A DNA stretch of 64,000 nucleotides from Lytechinus pictus. Lineage: Eukaryota. Positions 49,901 through 59,600 of this stretch are shown here, piece by piece. The stretch is from positions 11,782,001 to 11,846,000 of the forward strand of contig NC_087251.1 of assembly GCF_037042905.1 (NCBI RefSeq), read 5' to 3'. The position numbers were made by a program, and so were the translations under genes. The notes under the pieces were generated by a model, which saw only the letters and a list, made by a program, of their open reading frames with translations, had not been told where the DNA came from and did no database searches. Within the stretch, counting starts at the first letter, position 1; each line of letters starts with the position of its first letter.

Positions 49901-51933
49901 GTGAGTACTATTCTATTAATGTACATACCTCTATATTTTGTTTCTATATATATATTTTTTTTCATTCGATAGATATGCTATCAATAAAAGACTGAGATTC
50001 ATGAAGTAGTGAATCCAAATTTTAAGTCTGATTTTGTTGCTATGACCGGGTGTAGATGAACAAACACTTGTTAACATATGTGACTTTAAAAGATTCAAAA
50101 GTTTTCCTGTTTTTTTTTTTTTTCATCTGCAGGAATCATATTGAAATTCTGGACATTATTGCTGGAAGTGTGAAAGTCTTTGTCAGCATTAAACCTGAAC
50201 GTGGGGACTCCCAAGGTAATTATGATTCATTAATCTTAATAAGCTGGTCGGTTTTATTATTTCTTGACAATTTTTTTTTTGGGGGGTACATATTATCACA
50301 TATTCTTTAAATTAGCATCAATGATATTTCTCTTTCTGAATGGGATGTATTTAGGCAATTTTTTTTCTACTCCTGCTAGAAAAATCATGATTTCTATTTT
50401 CTTTTCAGTGTCACCGGAGGATGCATACAGCAGTCTCTCTGAGTTGGTGATATCAGGAGAATTCAGTATTGAATATAATGACAACAATTATACTGCTTCT
50501 GCTATCAAGTGAGTATGGGAAAAGGGCCTTGAGCATTTAGTCAAAATTGAAATTTGTGACATAGAAATCTCATTTATTATTATTATTATCATAATTATTC
50601 ATTATTTATTTATTGATATTAGTAATAGTAGTACTGTTTGTAGAAGTAGTATTAGTATTAAATTTCATTTCTTTTCATTTCATTTATTAAATTCAACCAT
50701 TTAAAAAACAAGATAAATATACAGTAATATTCAAAGAACAATACAATACAAAATAAAAAATGGTTAGGAAGCCCGAAGAAGCAGAGCTTGTAAATAGCGC
50801 TCCCTATACATGACATAGTAAACAAATATATCAGGCTTTGAGAAAGTATAGTGGAATTATTTATCCGAGGTTGATCTGGCAATTACTGTTTTTCCCGAGG
50901 GGCGAAGCCCCGAGGGAAATATAGTAGTTTTGCCAGATATATTTGTTTTATATCCTACTTTTAATCATTTATAACCAAAATCTATGCGCTGAGCTTGGAA
51001 AGTCCGGTTACTTGCGTTGAATTACCTACTTTTCTCTGAGCCACCGCGCTCAGCGGAACGCAGATTAGTGCCTGCGCCGACGCATCACGGGACTTGCCCG
51101 GGAGAGAGAGCTCGCTGGCCGGTGCGCCCGAGAGTTTAGCTAAATATCCAGTTTTCTGAAAGAATGACGTCAGAATATTGGTATAGCGAAAAATATATCG
51201 AGGTCTGACGTCACGCAACATCATAGTTGAAATATAGATGGTCACGTGATGCTATTTGAACCAATCACTATACAGGATTCAATCTAGGTAGGATATAATA
51301 GTAAATATGAGTAGGAAGTAGTAGTATTTGTAGTAGTAGTAGAAGTGGTAATAGTAGTGGTAGTAGTGTAGTAGCAGCACCAGCAGCAGCACCAGCAGCA
51401 GCACCAGCAGCAGCAGCAGCAGCAGTACCACCAGCAGCAGCACCACCAGCAGCACCAGCACCACCAGCAGCACCAGCAGCAGTAGTAGTTGTTGTTGTTG
51501 TTAAAGCGAGTTGCATTTTAGGAAAGGCAGGATTTCTGTTATATTTCTATACAGAACTCCATCATTACCAATTTTGTTTTTTTTTATGAGATATATTTCC
51601 AATAAAATTTGGATGGTTTCTGAATATTAATATTTTTTTCCCTCCAGGCTAATATCTGTCAGCACCCAGACCCCTACCCAATCCTCAACCGCTGTGGCCC
51701 CTCCATCACGCAAATCCCCTATCTCACCCCTCACCATCGTCATGCTATCCATCTTGGGGGCGCTCTTCGTGACAACCTTCTTATCTGTCTGTTTGTGGAA
51801 GAACAAGAAGACATCCACAACAATAGCCCCCACCCCGAGGCCGACAGCCAGGGAGGGGGCATTACCAGGGGAAGCCTACATAGTCAGAAAGGGGGAGCGC
51901 CGATCAAGGAGTGATAACACACCAACGAGATGA
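31678..51933 (+). CDS. CIROP: Leishmanolysin-family (peptidase M8) type I membrane zinc metalloprotease, CIROP/LMLN2-like, ~786 aa
   Basis: join(31678..31900,33721..33888,34540..34624,35385..35436,35723..35872,36248..36370,37148..37226,38389..38540,39062..39136,42440..42612,43631..43823,45807..45935,48426..48570,49756..49900,50133..50215,50409..50508,51648..51933) = 2361 nt, all GT-AG and in phase. It has a hydrophobic N-terminus, RCIFD prodomain Cys, HEVFHVLGFS, SHWE..GSVM (third His and Met-turn), TLAVFEDSGWY, a Cys-rich region and a C-terminal TM helix. The M8 family call is secure; the CIROP rather than LMLN assignment rests on remembered similarity. Confidence 0.85.
32467..33166. mobile_element. 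Same MITE, copy 2, 5-bp TSD (TTAGT), with an extra ~250-bp internal segment
   Basis: Near-identical to 25888-26334 apart from 32730-32982; TTAGT on both sides. Confidence 0.88.
33369..33542 (-). mobile_element. SINE-like element with 7SL RNA (Alu-domain)-like head and (CA)n tail
   Basis: Minus strand reads ACTGGGAGTTGTGGCATGCGCCTGTAATCCAAGCTGTGTGGAAG..GGTTTGAGCCC..GTCTTTCGGAGGGTGACGTTAAAGGTCGGTCCC..(CA)9. Confidence 0.7.
33721..33888 (+). CDS. CIROP: M8 protease exon 2 (KSKR site, YQPIRV)
   Basis: ACAG acceptor, G|GTATG donor. Confidence 0.88.
34540..34624 (+). CDS. CIROP: M8 protease exon 3 (VFPVEGPMVIDRSETACR...)
   Basis: CCAG acceptor, AA|GTAAGT donor. Confidence 0.87.
35385..35436 (+). 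CDS. CIROP: M8 protease exon 4 (CAEISPNYREQCLDNFE)
   Basis: TTTCAG acceptor, GAG|GTAAG donor. Confidence 0.86.
35723..35872 (+). CDS. CIROP: M8 protease exon 5 (IPADHLGG...DIVIYVKAEHTERC)
   Basis: ACAG acceptor, GGG|GTGAGT donor. Confidence 0.9.
36248..36370 (+). CDS. CIROP: M8 protease exon 6 (FAYASYCKQDQFLRPIAGVINFCP)
   Basis: TAG acceptor, CTG|GTAAGT donor; typical M8 AYA..C..D..RP.AG.IN.CP motif. Confidence 0.93.
37148..37226 (+). CDS. CIROP: M8 protease exon 7 (LALHEVFHVLGFS, zinc-binding HExxH)
   Basis: TTCAG acceptor, G|GTAAG donor. Confidence 0.94.
38389..38540 (+). CDS. CIROP: M8 protease exon 8 (...RLHTPAVVAASQAHFGC...GVPLEN)
   Basis: TAG acceptor (TAGAAG tandem NAGNAG), TTG|GTAAG donor. 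Confidence 0.92.
39062..39136 (+). CDS. CIROP: M8 protease exon 9 (GGEGLSSHWETRYMYGSVMAP)
   Basis: GCAG acceptor, CAG|GTAT donor; third zinc His and Met-turn. Confidence 0.93.
39638..40402. mobile_element. Tc1/mariner (pogo/Tigger-like) MITE
   Basis: TA|CAGCCCGACCTCTCTTATCCGG ... CTGGATAAGAGAGTTTGGACTG|TA. Confidence 0.75.
40433..41937. mobile_element. Unclassified non-autonomous DNA element with long imperfect TIRs
   Basis: GTGGGGTCACTCA..GGGGAC..ATGACCGTTACCA..GGTCAATTTCA versus TGAAATTGACC..TGGTAACGGTCAT..GTCCCC..TGAGTGACCCCAC. Confidence 0.7.
42440..42612 (+). CDS. CIROP: M8 protease exon 10 (TLAVFEDSGWYKVNY...WGKGQGCEF)
   Basis: TTTAG acceptor, AG|GTTGGT donor. Confidence 0.93.
43631..43823 (+). 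CDS. CIROP: M8 protease exon 11 (GCDYLGLNKATC...ESKCFLSN)
   Basis: CTCAG acceptor, GAG|GTGAG donor. Confidence 0.91.
43849..45338 (+). mobile_element. Second Helentron/Helitron-like non-autonomous family, with an internal tRNA-like segment
   Basis: 5' AATTAGGTGATCTGTCTGT with local hairpin partner GACAGATCACCT; 3' subterminal IR ACAGACAGATCACCTAATT; ends ATTCTAG|T. Confidence 0.65.
45807..45935 (+). CDS. CIROP: M8 protease exon 12 (EGRCYATRC...WIPCP)
   Basis: CCAG acceptor, CAG|GTAAG donor. Confidence 0.91.
46010..46200 (+). mobile_element. Degenerate tRNA-derived SINE
   Basis: TAGTCCAGTGG A box, GGTTCAAATC B box, and a CCAGGGGTAA..ATGGG core-like segment. Confidence 0.45.
48426..48570 (+). 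CDS. CIROP: M8 protease exon 13 (VPGYEGEVQCP + S/T-rich linker)
   Basis: CATAG acceptor, A|GTAAGT donor. Confidence 0.89.
48660..48835 (-). mobile_element. 3' fragment of the same SINE family as 3144-3415
   Basis: Reverse complement shares TGTGCTG.ACTCAACC.AG and AAGCCAGGGTAAT.ATGCTGCA..GAGACTTCTG.TAAAGT. Confidence 0.7.
49756..49900 (+). CDS. CIROP: M8 protease exon 14 (SEA-like domain, N part)
   Basis: Long CT tract plus CAG acceptor, CA|GTGAGT donor, phase fits. Confidence 0.85.
50133..50215 (+). CDS. CIROP: M8 protease exon 15 (IEILDIIAGSVKVFV)
   Basis: T tract plus GCAG acceptor, G|GTAAT donor. Confidence 0.86.
50409..50508 (+). CDS. CIROP: M8 protease exon 16 (SPEDAYSSLSELV...ASAIK)
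   Basis: TTTCAG acceptor, AA|GTGAGT donor. Confidence 0.86.
50820..51300 (+). mobile_element. Hairpin-bearing non-autonomous element (Crypton-like architecture)
   Basis: Long hairpin ATCTGGCAATTACT..TTTCCCGAGGGGCGAAGCCCCGAGGGAAA..AGTTTTGCCAGAT; internal TATATCCTAC paired with terminal GTAGGATATA. Confidence 0.45.
51300..51502. repeat. Compound microsatellite (TAG)n/(CAG/CAC)n/(GTT)n
   Basis: Directly visible; intronic. Confidence 0.9.
51648..51933 (+). CDS. CIROP: M8 protease last exon (S/T/P stalk, TM helix LTIVMLSILGALFVTTFLSVCLW, basic stop-transfer, tail)
   Basis: CCAG acceptor, TGA at 51931-51933. Confidence 0.88.
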
Positions 51934-54900
51934 TTTGCTTTCATTGTGATTTCTCCTTGGGACGGTTTTCTACCTCTGTCTTTATGTAGAGTACTAGATG
52001 GCTACTACATGTGGTGTGCTTTGTCATCTTGAATTCATCTTTATTTTTCTACCTTCCTATTTAGATTGATTAGAAGATGGTCTTAAATAATATATTTTCA
52101 TCCCAAGACCGACACCTATGGGGAGAGGGCATTACCAGAACTGGCATTGCATATTTGTAAGAGGAGATTGCTTAACAAAGAAAAGGTATTTTTATTAAAG
52201 TATTGAATTGATTATAAGTGAGAGTGGGAAATAAAACAGAGATATACAACCAAGTTGTGCAATATATGTACATTTGCATGTACTTTGTATGAAATTTTTA
52301 AATGTCATTCATTGTTAAAAAAAAACCAAGATATTAAATCATATCTCATGGATATTCTGTAATAAGTAGCAAATTGCATCTTAGTAATGCATCCCCTTTT
52401 TTAAAACTAAACTTGCATCAGTATTACAATATGTTTAGGCATTATCCTGGTTTAAGTCACCACTCCATTCACTGCCGTTTATTTTGTCAGCGGCGGTGAC
52501 TTCTTTCCTCTCCCATTGACTTTGTACACAATGAGCGCACACACACTGACACACACGAGAAGAGAGATGACTTATTTCAGGATAAGGCCCATGTTTATAG
52601 AAAAATCAGTATTATGAAAATAAATGGGTCAAGGGAAAAGTTTTAATAAACCAACACCAATTTTTCTTCAAAGTTTTTTCAATAGATTTTTTTTAGTGTG
52701 CCATCATGTTATTCAATATTTTTCTATAGCTTTTAGTAGCACTTTAATGTGATTATTATCCTAAATATAAACAAATAATTGTTTTTTTATCATTAAAAAT
52801 ACCTCCAATGTACTATTGAAAGGTTACATTCTTGGATGTGATAGGCTGATGACTTAGAAGCATTTCTACAAAGCTATTTGCTCAAAAACTTATGTGTAAC
52901 TTTATATGCCATGTTTATTTGCTAATAACACATAGGCCTACAGTATACAAATAGCAAATAGGCATGAGTGCGATGGTGCGAGATTTCGCATGAGGTGAAA
53001 GAAAGATGCTCTATTCAACAAGGCGAAATCTCGCACCATTGCACGAATAAGAATATTCACTATTTGTGTTGTAAAACGCCTCGGAATTCAGCGAAAATAT
53101 GAAAAAACAAGTTTTTCCCTGTAGTAATCTATGAAAAGGGAGCAAAAATATTGAAAGCGAAAAGCAAAATCTCACAAGCGCACATGACTTTGGGCAGCAT
53201 TGCGCATTTAGCCAGCAGGCTTATACACGTATTGCACCTTTATTTTAACTGAGCGCAATGAATTAAATCATATTGTGACGTCACCTCCTTAAGCCGTGCA
53301 ACGGTACATTTTGGATGGTACGTCTTGTGTGCAACGGTACAAATGTTTGGCATTCAGCCTCCCATTTGCTCGCATTCAACAAGCTAAGTAGACGTTGTAC
53401 AATGTAACTCATGAAATATATTCATATACTAGGGAAAAACACATAAATATTCTTATTTTAGTACTAGTAAGAGCATACTCATTTGTTTAAAATCCAGTTT
53501 TGATTTTGTGTGCTTATTTAAGATATATCTTCAAACTACATGTATTTTTTTTCGACTCCATGTAGGTTCTAGGATTATTAAAAGGAATGTAACTCTTGTA
53601 TGAATACAAGACTGTCGTCCATGAATGAACACTTCCATTTTATGAAACAGTATTGGATCGTCTTTCACAAAGCATGATTATCAATGATAAGCTACAAATT
53701 AATGTTATAATGTACTAAAATTCCATAATTTAATTGGTTAAGAGCAGATTTATCAGCTTTTTTTCTTTAACAGGTCACAGCGGTAAACATTACCTATATT
53801 TATTGAATATGAGGCCAAGAATCTTGTATGTTTATGATTTCAACATAATTACCATTTCATTTTAAATCATGAAAAATAATCTAATTGTGTTTCCATGTTT
53901 CTTGTAACAGTTTACTATTTTTGTATTGTATATTTGCCACCATATAATTCCCCATTCACAAAAACTGATGATTGATTTATCTTGTTTTAGTTTTTGTTTT
54001 TGTTTTGAAGATTTGAATCTTAAATGGTTGTTTTTCTGATAAATTCTCAGGCTTGGCTGCTCCTTTGGTTTCCCATTGTATTCACAAATTTAATAGAATT
54101 TTTTAATTGTAAAGGCCAAATATTAAGACAATCATATCTTAAGATCCATTGTCTGATGATATCAGTTTGTTGTGTGAATCATGAATTAAATCTGTATCCC
54201 AGGATTTCTTATTGATTTGTTAATGATTTATGTTGTTGATAGGGCTGAATGATAATTGCTGAAAACTACACTATGCATTGTATACCATTTGCTGATAACT
54301 AGTAAGCTTTGTATATTTTAAAGTATTTTTAGATTTGTATTATGATAAAAACTTGCTGTGCTTCATACATTTTATGGATCTATTAACAGTATTTTTAGAT
54401 ATTTATTATGATAAACCATGCTGTGCTTTGTACATAATTGATGAATTATAGAGATATGTACATAAGAAATTATGTATTGTATATTTGTTTGGTGATCTTT
54501 TTTGTGATTCCAGTTTTCATTTTTTTTGTTTATTTTTTTAATTAAATTTGTTTATTGAATCTGAGTTTGAATACATCTCATTACCATATTTTTAAAAGAT
54601 TAACAATGATGATGATATTTTTATTTGAATCTGATCAGAATGTATTTCTATATATTGGATAAGATTTTTTTTAAATTTATTTTTCATTGAATTTGAGTTC
54701 AAATACATCTCATTATTTATTAGCAGATGATGAAAATATAATTTTCTTTGTATTTTAAGAGAATCTGATTAGATTGTGCTGCTATACTGGATACAGGGTA
54801 TGTGAGCTGATATACCTTTAATTTTTTTATAACTAGAGTAGCTAATGGGATTAGGGTTCAGTCCCCCCCCCCCCCCCTCTAAAAAGTGTATATGAAGGTC

Positions 54901-55349
54901 TAAAGGAAAATTGAAATGTACTTGTGCAGAACCTGTTGCATCAAAGTCATAAGTCTGGTTTACGTGGCTATTGTGATGTTGAATTCATAAGGTCAAGCGC
55001 TAATTTTTTTTATATTGCTTAAAAGTATACAGTTAAATCTCCAAAAGTCCTTATACATGTATTTCTATATTTCTGTTTTTGCTAAAAATATATGTATATA
55101 TTTCATTTTTGGAAATTATGAAATGAGAGTTTAGGTTTGTGAAAGCATGGCATCTACATGTTATATACTTTTTAAAAGTGAAAGTAGAAACTGAATGTTT
55201 GGTTGTGCAGTAGTTTTTTTTTATTTTTTTTTAAATTTCTTCTTGAAGGGTACTGATTATGTTCAGCCTTGTTTGTATTGTGTATAATAAGTACACTAAT
55301 GTTATTGAAAAGTTGAAATTCCAGCATTTTTGTTGGAGATAAAAACTTT

Positions 55350-55606
55350 AAGAACATACCAACTACTAAAAGAGCACATTGACCCATTTTTGTGTCGCCT
55401 TATTAAGAAAATACCAAGGACTAAGTGGGCATTTTGACCTTTTTATGTCACCTTAACGAGATATACTAAGTACTTAAAAATAACACCTTGATCTTTTTGT
55501 GTGTGTGTCACCTTGTTAAGAACACCTTGATCTTTTTTTAGTGTCACCTTATCAAGCATATACCAAGTACTAAAAGAACACCTTGATCATTATTTACGTC
55601 ACCTTG
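55350..55606. repeat. Degenerate ~60-bp minisatellite, 4-5 units
   Basis: GTCACCTT..AAG..ATACCAAGTACTAA..CAC.TTGA recurs. Confidence 0.7.
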
Positions 55607-57379
55607 TGTAACAAATTGTCAAGTTTTGAATAATCTCACAGACTCGAGTGTGAGTGTGTGTATTTAACTCTTCTAAAGTTTATGTGTAGTTGATATATAT
55701 ATATATATAATATTGTGGATAATAAGCGCAACTGTTGAAATGTAGGAGTAGATGGAAAATGATACATGTGAATTATTTCTTAGGCTCACAAAATGCTTAG
55801 GGATATCTTGTGTCTGTGATATAGTATTTTTTTTTTTTTAAATGAGCTTAATTGCTAGCAACAGCAAAATTGTTTGGTGAGGTTATTAAACCTTGCATTT
55901 GGTTTTGAAACATCCATCCAATTGCACACTCATTCAATGCACAAGGTTGTTATGATATAATGTTTTCTTCTGTTAGTTAGTACTCCCTGAGTGGTGAAAT
56001 AAGGTTGGCAATGTTTGGCTTATTTTCTCTTGTTCTTGGGGATGAATGCTTGATTTTTTTTCTACTCAGTTTCTATTATCATATAACTTGGCTCTAAAGT
56101 AAATTGAATCCTTTTATTTCTACATTAAAAAGAGATTGTTTGGCAACAATTCAGGCCAACTTTACTTTGTACCAATATAGGGCCCAAACAAAAATATGCT
56201 CAATTTAAATGTAAAGAAATGGGTGTCACATTATCAACCAAAAGTGACCCACCGAATGTCAAAAATGGTGGCTGATGATCTCATGCTGTGAATTTTTTTA
56301 ATTTGTCCTGATAATGATATATGCAATCGTTTTTTATGCTATCCTAGATGGGTACAGTCCGGAATATTTAAACTGTGTGTAATGTGTAATTCACCACTTC
56401 TTCATTTGTTGTAAACATATGGGCTTAATGAATTTCAATTCAATTGTTAAATACCTAGTTAAAAGGTATTTCAGTCACCTGTTTTTTTATTAATAATTAC
56501 AATTTTGTGAATGTAAATTTTTGGTAAAATACACTGTAGGACGGGTAAAGCTGTCATTGTCTATGCAATTTACTTTTTGGTTGCGAGGTACAATATCACA
56601 GGTGATATGAATTGGGATGTGATGGGGAAATATGTACAGAAAATTTGTATAAATTTGAAAGTTATCCTTTCTAGATAGAATGAAAAATTATCAAGTTTTA
56701 GAGCATATCATATATTTACTTGTGTGTGTGGCCTACTGTCAGTCTCTTACATGTGATGTTAGACTTAAAAAAATGTTCTTTGTTCATGTAGTTTTATAAC
56801 ATTAATATTTTTGTACAATAATATTATAATGCAATAAATCTATGTGGATATGATGAGCAATTACACTATTTCAGTTGAATTTCATATTCTGATTTTGAAT
56901 TTTACAGATTATTAATTAATCCCTGTTACACAAAGCCTAGTAATTGATTGAAGGGCTGATTGATTGCATTGATTGTATGTGCAATCATTCATAAAACTCA
57001 ACTGTATGATCAATTACTGATGTGTTACAGGGACCCAGATACCATTAGCCAATGCAATATGTATACAAACTTGTTAAGTGCATCAAGTTTGCAATGGATA
57101 TGATAAATGAATTAAGACATTTATGATGGGTCATGACAATTTCCTACAAAAGAAATTAAATACATCTATCAATCACTTAACAAAAATTTTAAAAATAGAA
57201 AGGAAAGCTGTGGAAGCTAGATCTGCATAGTTTGGCCTTCCATTGGTGAGATAATGTAAAAACTATTTTCAGACCATTTTTTGTGAAATATTCTACTTAT
57301 CCCTTCTTGGAATTGTTTTATAAGTTGAATTGGGCTGTGGTCCCAAGACACTTAACTTAGGCAGAATTCACTGTTTATT

Positions 57380-57960
57380 CAAAAGGAAAAGTCCACCTAA
57401 AAATAATTATTTGAATAAAATGAGAAACATCCAACAAGCGTAACACTGAAAATTTCATCAAAATCGGATGTAAAATGAGAAAGTTATATTTTGAAGTTTC
57501 GCTTAATGTCACAAAACTTTTATATACACATCCTGGTTGGTATGCAAATGAGATGACTGATGATGTCATCCACTCACTATTTCTTTTGAAATTTATTATG
57601 ATATATTCTATTTTTCTCTTTATTGTCCTGTGAAACAAAGTTATGTTCCTCTCTGAACATGTAGAATTACCATTATTTTAACATTTTATGGCACAGTCAA
57701 GTTGGTCCTTATTGCCTTATCAGTAAAAAATGAAGTATTGTATTCAAACAATAAAAAAACTGAAGAAATAGTGAGGGACATCATTGACTCTCTAATTTGC
57801 ATATCACCAAGTTGTGCCTGTTTTGTGAAAAATAAGCGAAACTTGAAAATTTTATAACTTATTTTACATTTTTTTAAATGAAATATTTTGGTGTTGTGCG
57901 TGCTTTATTTTTCTCTGTATATTCAAATCAACATTTTTGGGGGATGGACTTGACCTTTAA
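57380..57960. mobile_element. Second copy of the 4082-4655 MITE family
   Basis: Collinear similarity including GACTGATGATGTCATCCACTCACTATTTCTTTTG; ends GGACTTGACCT|TTAA. Confidence 0.8.
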
Positions 57961-59600
57961 CCCTTATCAAACGGGGGGGGGGTGTCAATTTGACCCCACC
58001 CTCTTGACAAATTTTGCCACTACGCCACCACGCGAATTTTTTTTTACTGCGCCGCTCGCATTTAACTTTCAAGTCTTGCGCATCTTTTGAGACCAAATTT
58101 GAGATGCCAGGGTACACAGTTCCGAAATTACGCAACATTTTGTAAGTGCATGTCAGACCCAAACTTGCTCAAAAACATGATTCCGTGTACAAAGTCAATG
58201 CAAATTGTGTTTTTCAACCAAAAATCATAAATGTATGATTATTTTTACTTTTGTTGGTTTGAATAGATTTATTTTATGCTATTTAAGATCGCAAAAGGGT
58301 CCCCGACAAAGTTCATCGGAAAAAAATAAACAAGTGGAACGCCTCTGGCAGTCTCGCCTGCATTACGCGATTTTAATATCGCAGCAGTGCTAACTTTGAA
58401 AACTACTATAAAATAATCATTCACAAAAACACCATTCATATAATGACATAATACCACGTTCATTGACCATAAATGACATTTGAATGGTGACTTAAGACTT
58501 GTCAACTACACCCATGTCCACATTTCTTTCACTCTATCTATAAACTTTCAAAGTTATGATGGCAATTCAACAATTACCCCAACATGGCCTAAGTTTATTG
58601 ACCTTAACTGACCTTTGACCTTGGTTTTGTGTCCTGAAACTCACAGGGGATGTTCAGTGATACTTGATTACTCTTATATCCCAAGTTTTATGAACTAGAT
58701 CCATAAACTTTCAGAGTTACGATGGTAATTCAACAAATACCCCCAACACGGCCGAAGTTCATTGACCTTTAATGACCTTTTGACCTTTGACCATGGTCAT
58801 GTGACCTGAAACTCGTACAGGATGTTCAGTGATACTTGATTACTCTTATGTCCAAGTTTTATGAACTAGATCCGTAAACTTTCAGAGTTAGGATGGTAAT
58901 TTAACAAATACCCCCAACACGGCCAAAGTTCATTGACCTTAAATGACCATTGACCATGGTCATGTGACCTGAAACTCGCACAGGATATTCAGTGGGACTT
59001 AATTAACCTAATGTCCAAGTTTCATGAACTAGATCTATAAATTTTCAAAGTTATGATGGTAATTCAACAAATACCCCCAACTTGACCAAAGTTCATTGAC
59101 CCTAAATGACCTTTGACCTTGGTCATGTGACCTGAAACTCAGGCAGGATGTTCACTAATACTTGATTAACATTATGCCCAAGTTTCATGAACTAGGTCCA
59201 TATACTTTCTAAGTTATGATGTCATTTCTAAAACTTAACCTTCGGTTAAGATTTTGAAAATAATTCTCCCAACATGGTCAAAGTTCATTGACCCTAAATG
59301 ACCTTTGACCTTGGTCATGTGACCTGAAACTCAGGCAGGATGTTTGGTAATACTTGATTAACCTTATGTCCAAGTTTCATGAACTAGGTCCATAGACTTT
59401 CTAAGTTATGTCATTTCAAAAACTTAACCTTAGGTTAAGATTTGATGTTGACGCCGCCGCCACCGCCGCCGTCGGAAAAGCGGCGCCTAGTCTCGCTCTG
59501 CTATGCAGGCGAGACAAAAACAAAGGTATGAAAAAACAAAGAAATACATACAAATTTATAAAACAATAAAATACATGTAGCGCAGTTAAAGCAGGGTTAA
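57957..59600. mobile_element. piggyBac-like MITE (TTAA|CCCT...AGGG|TTAA) interrupted by the HINE
   Basis: TTAACCCT at 57957 and AGGGTTAA ending 59600; a related internal fragment lies at ~48120-48165. Confidence 0.55.
58327..59520 (-). mobile_element. Helentron-associated (HINE/DINE-1-like) non-autonomous element with ~163-bp internal tandem repeats
   Basis: Subterminal IRs GTCTCGCCTGCAT (58351) / ATGCAGGCGAGAC (59503), a terminal hairpin GTCTCGCTCTGCTATGCAGGCGAGAC, an A/T-run insertion site, and central repeats. Confidence 0.7.

Noticed and set aside
51268..51516. Ala/Gly-rich and poly-Leu ORFs
   Set aside because: They are translations of an intronic trinucleotide microsatellite.
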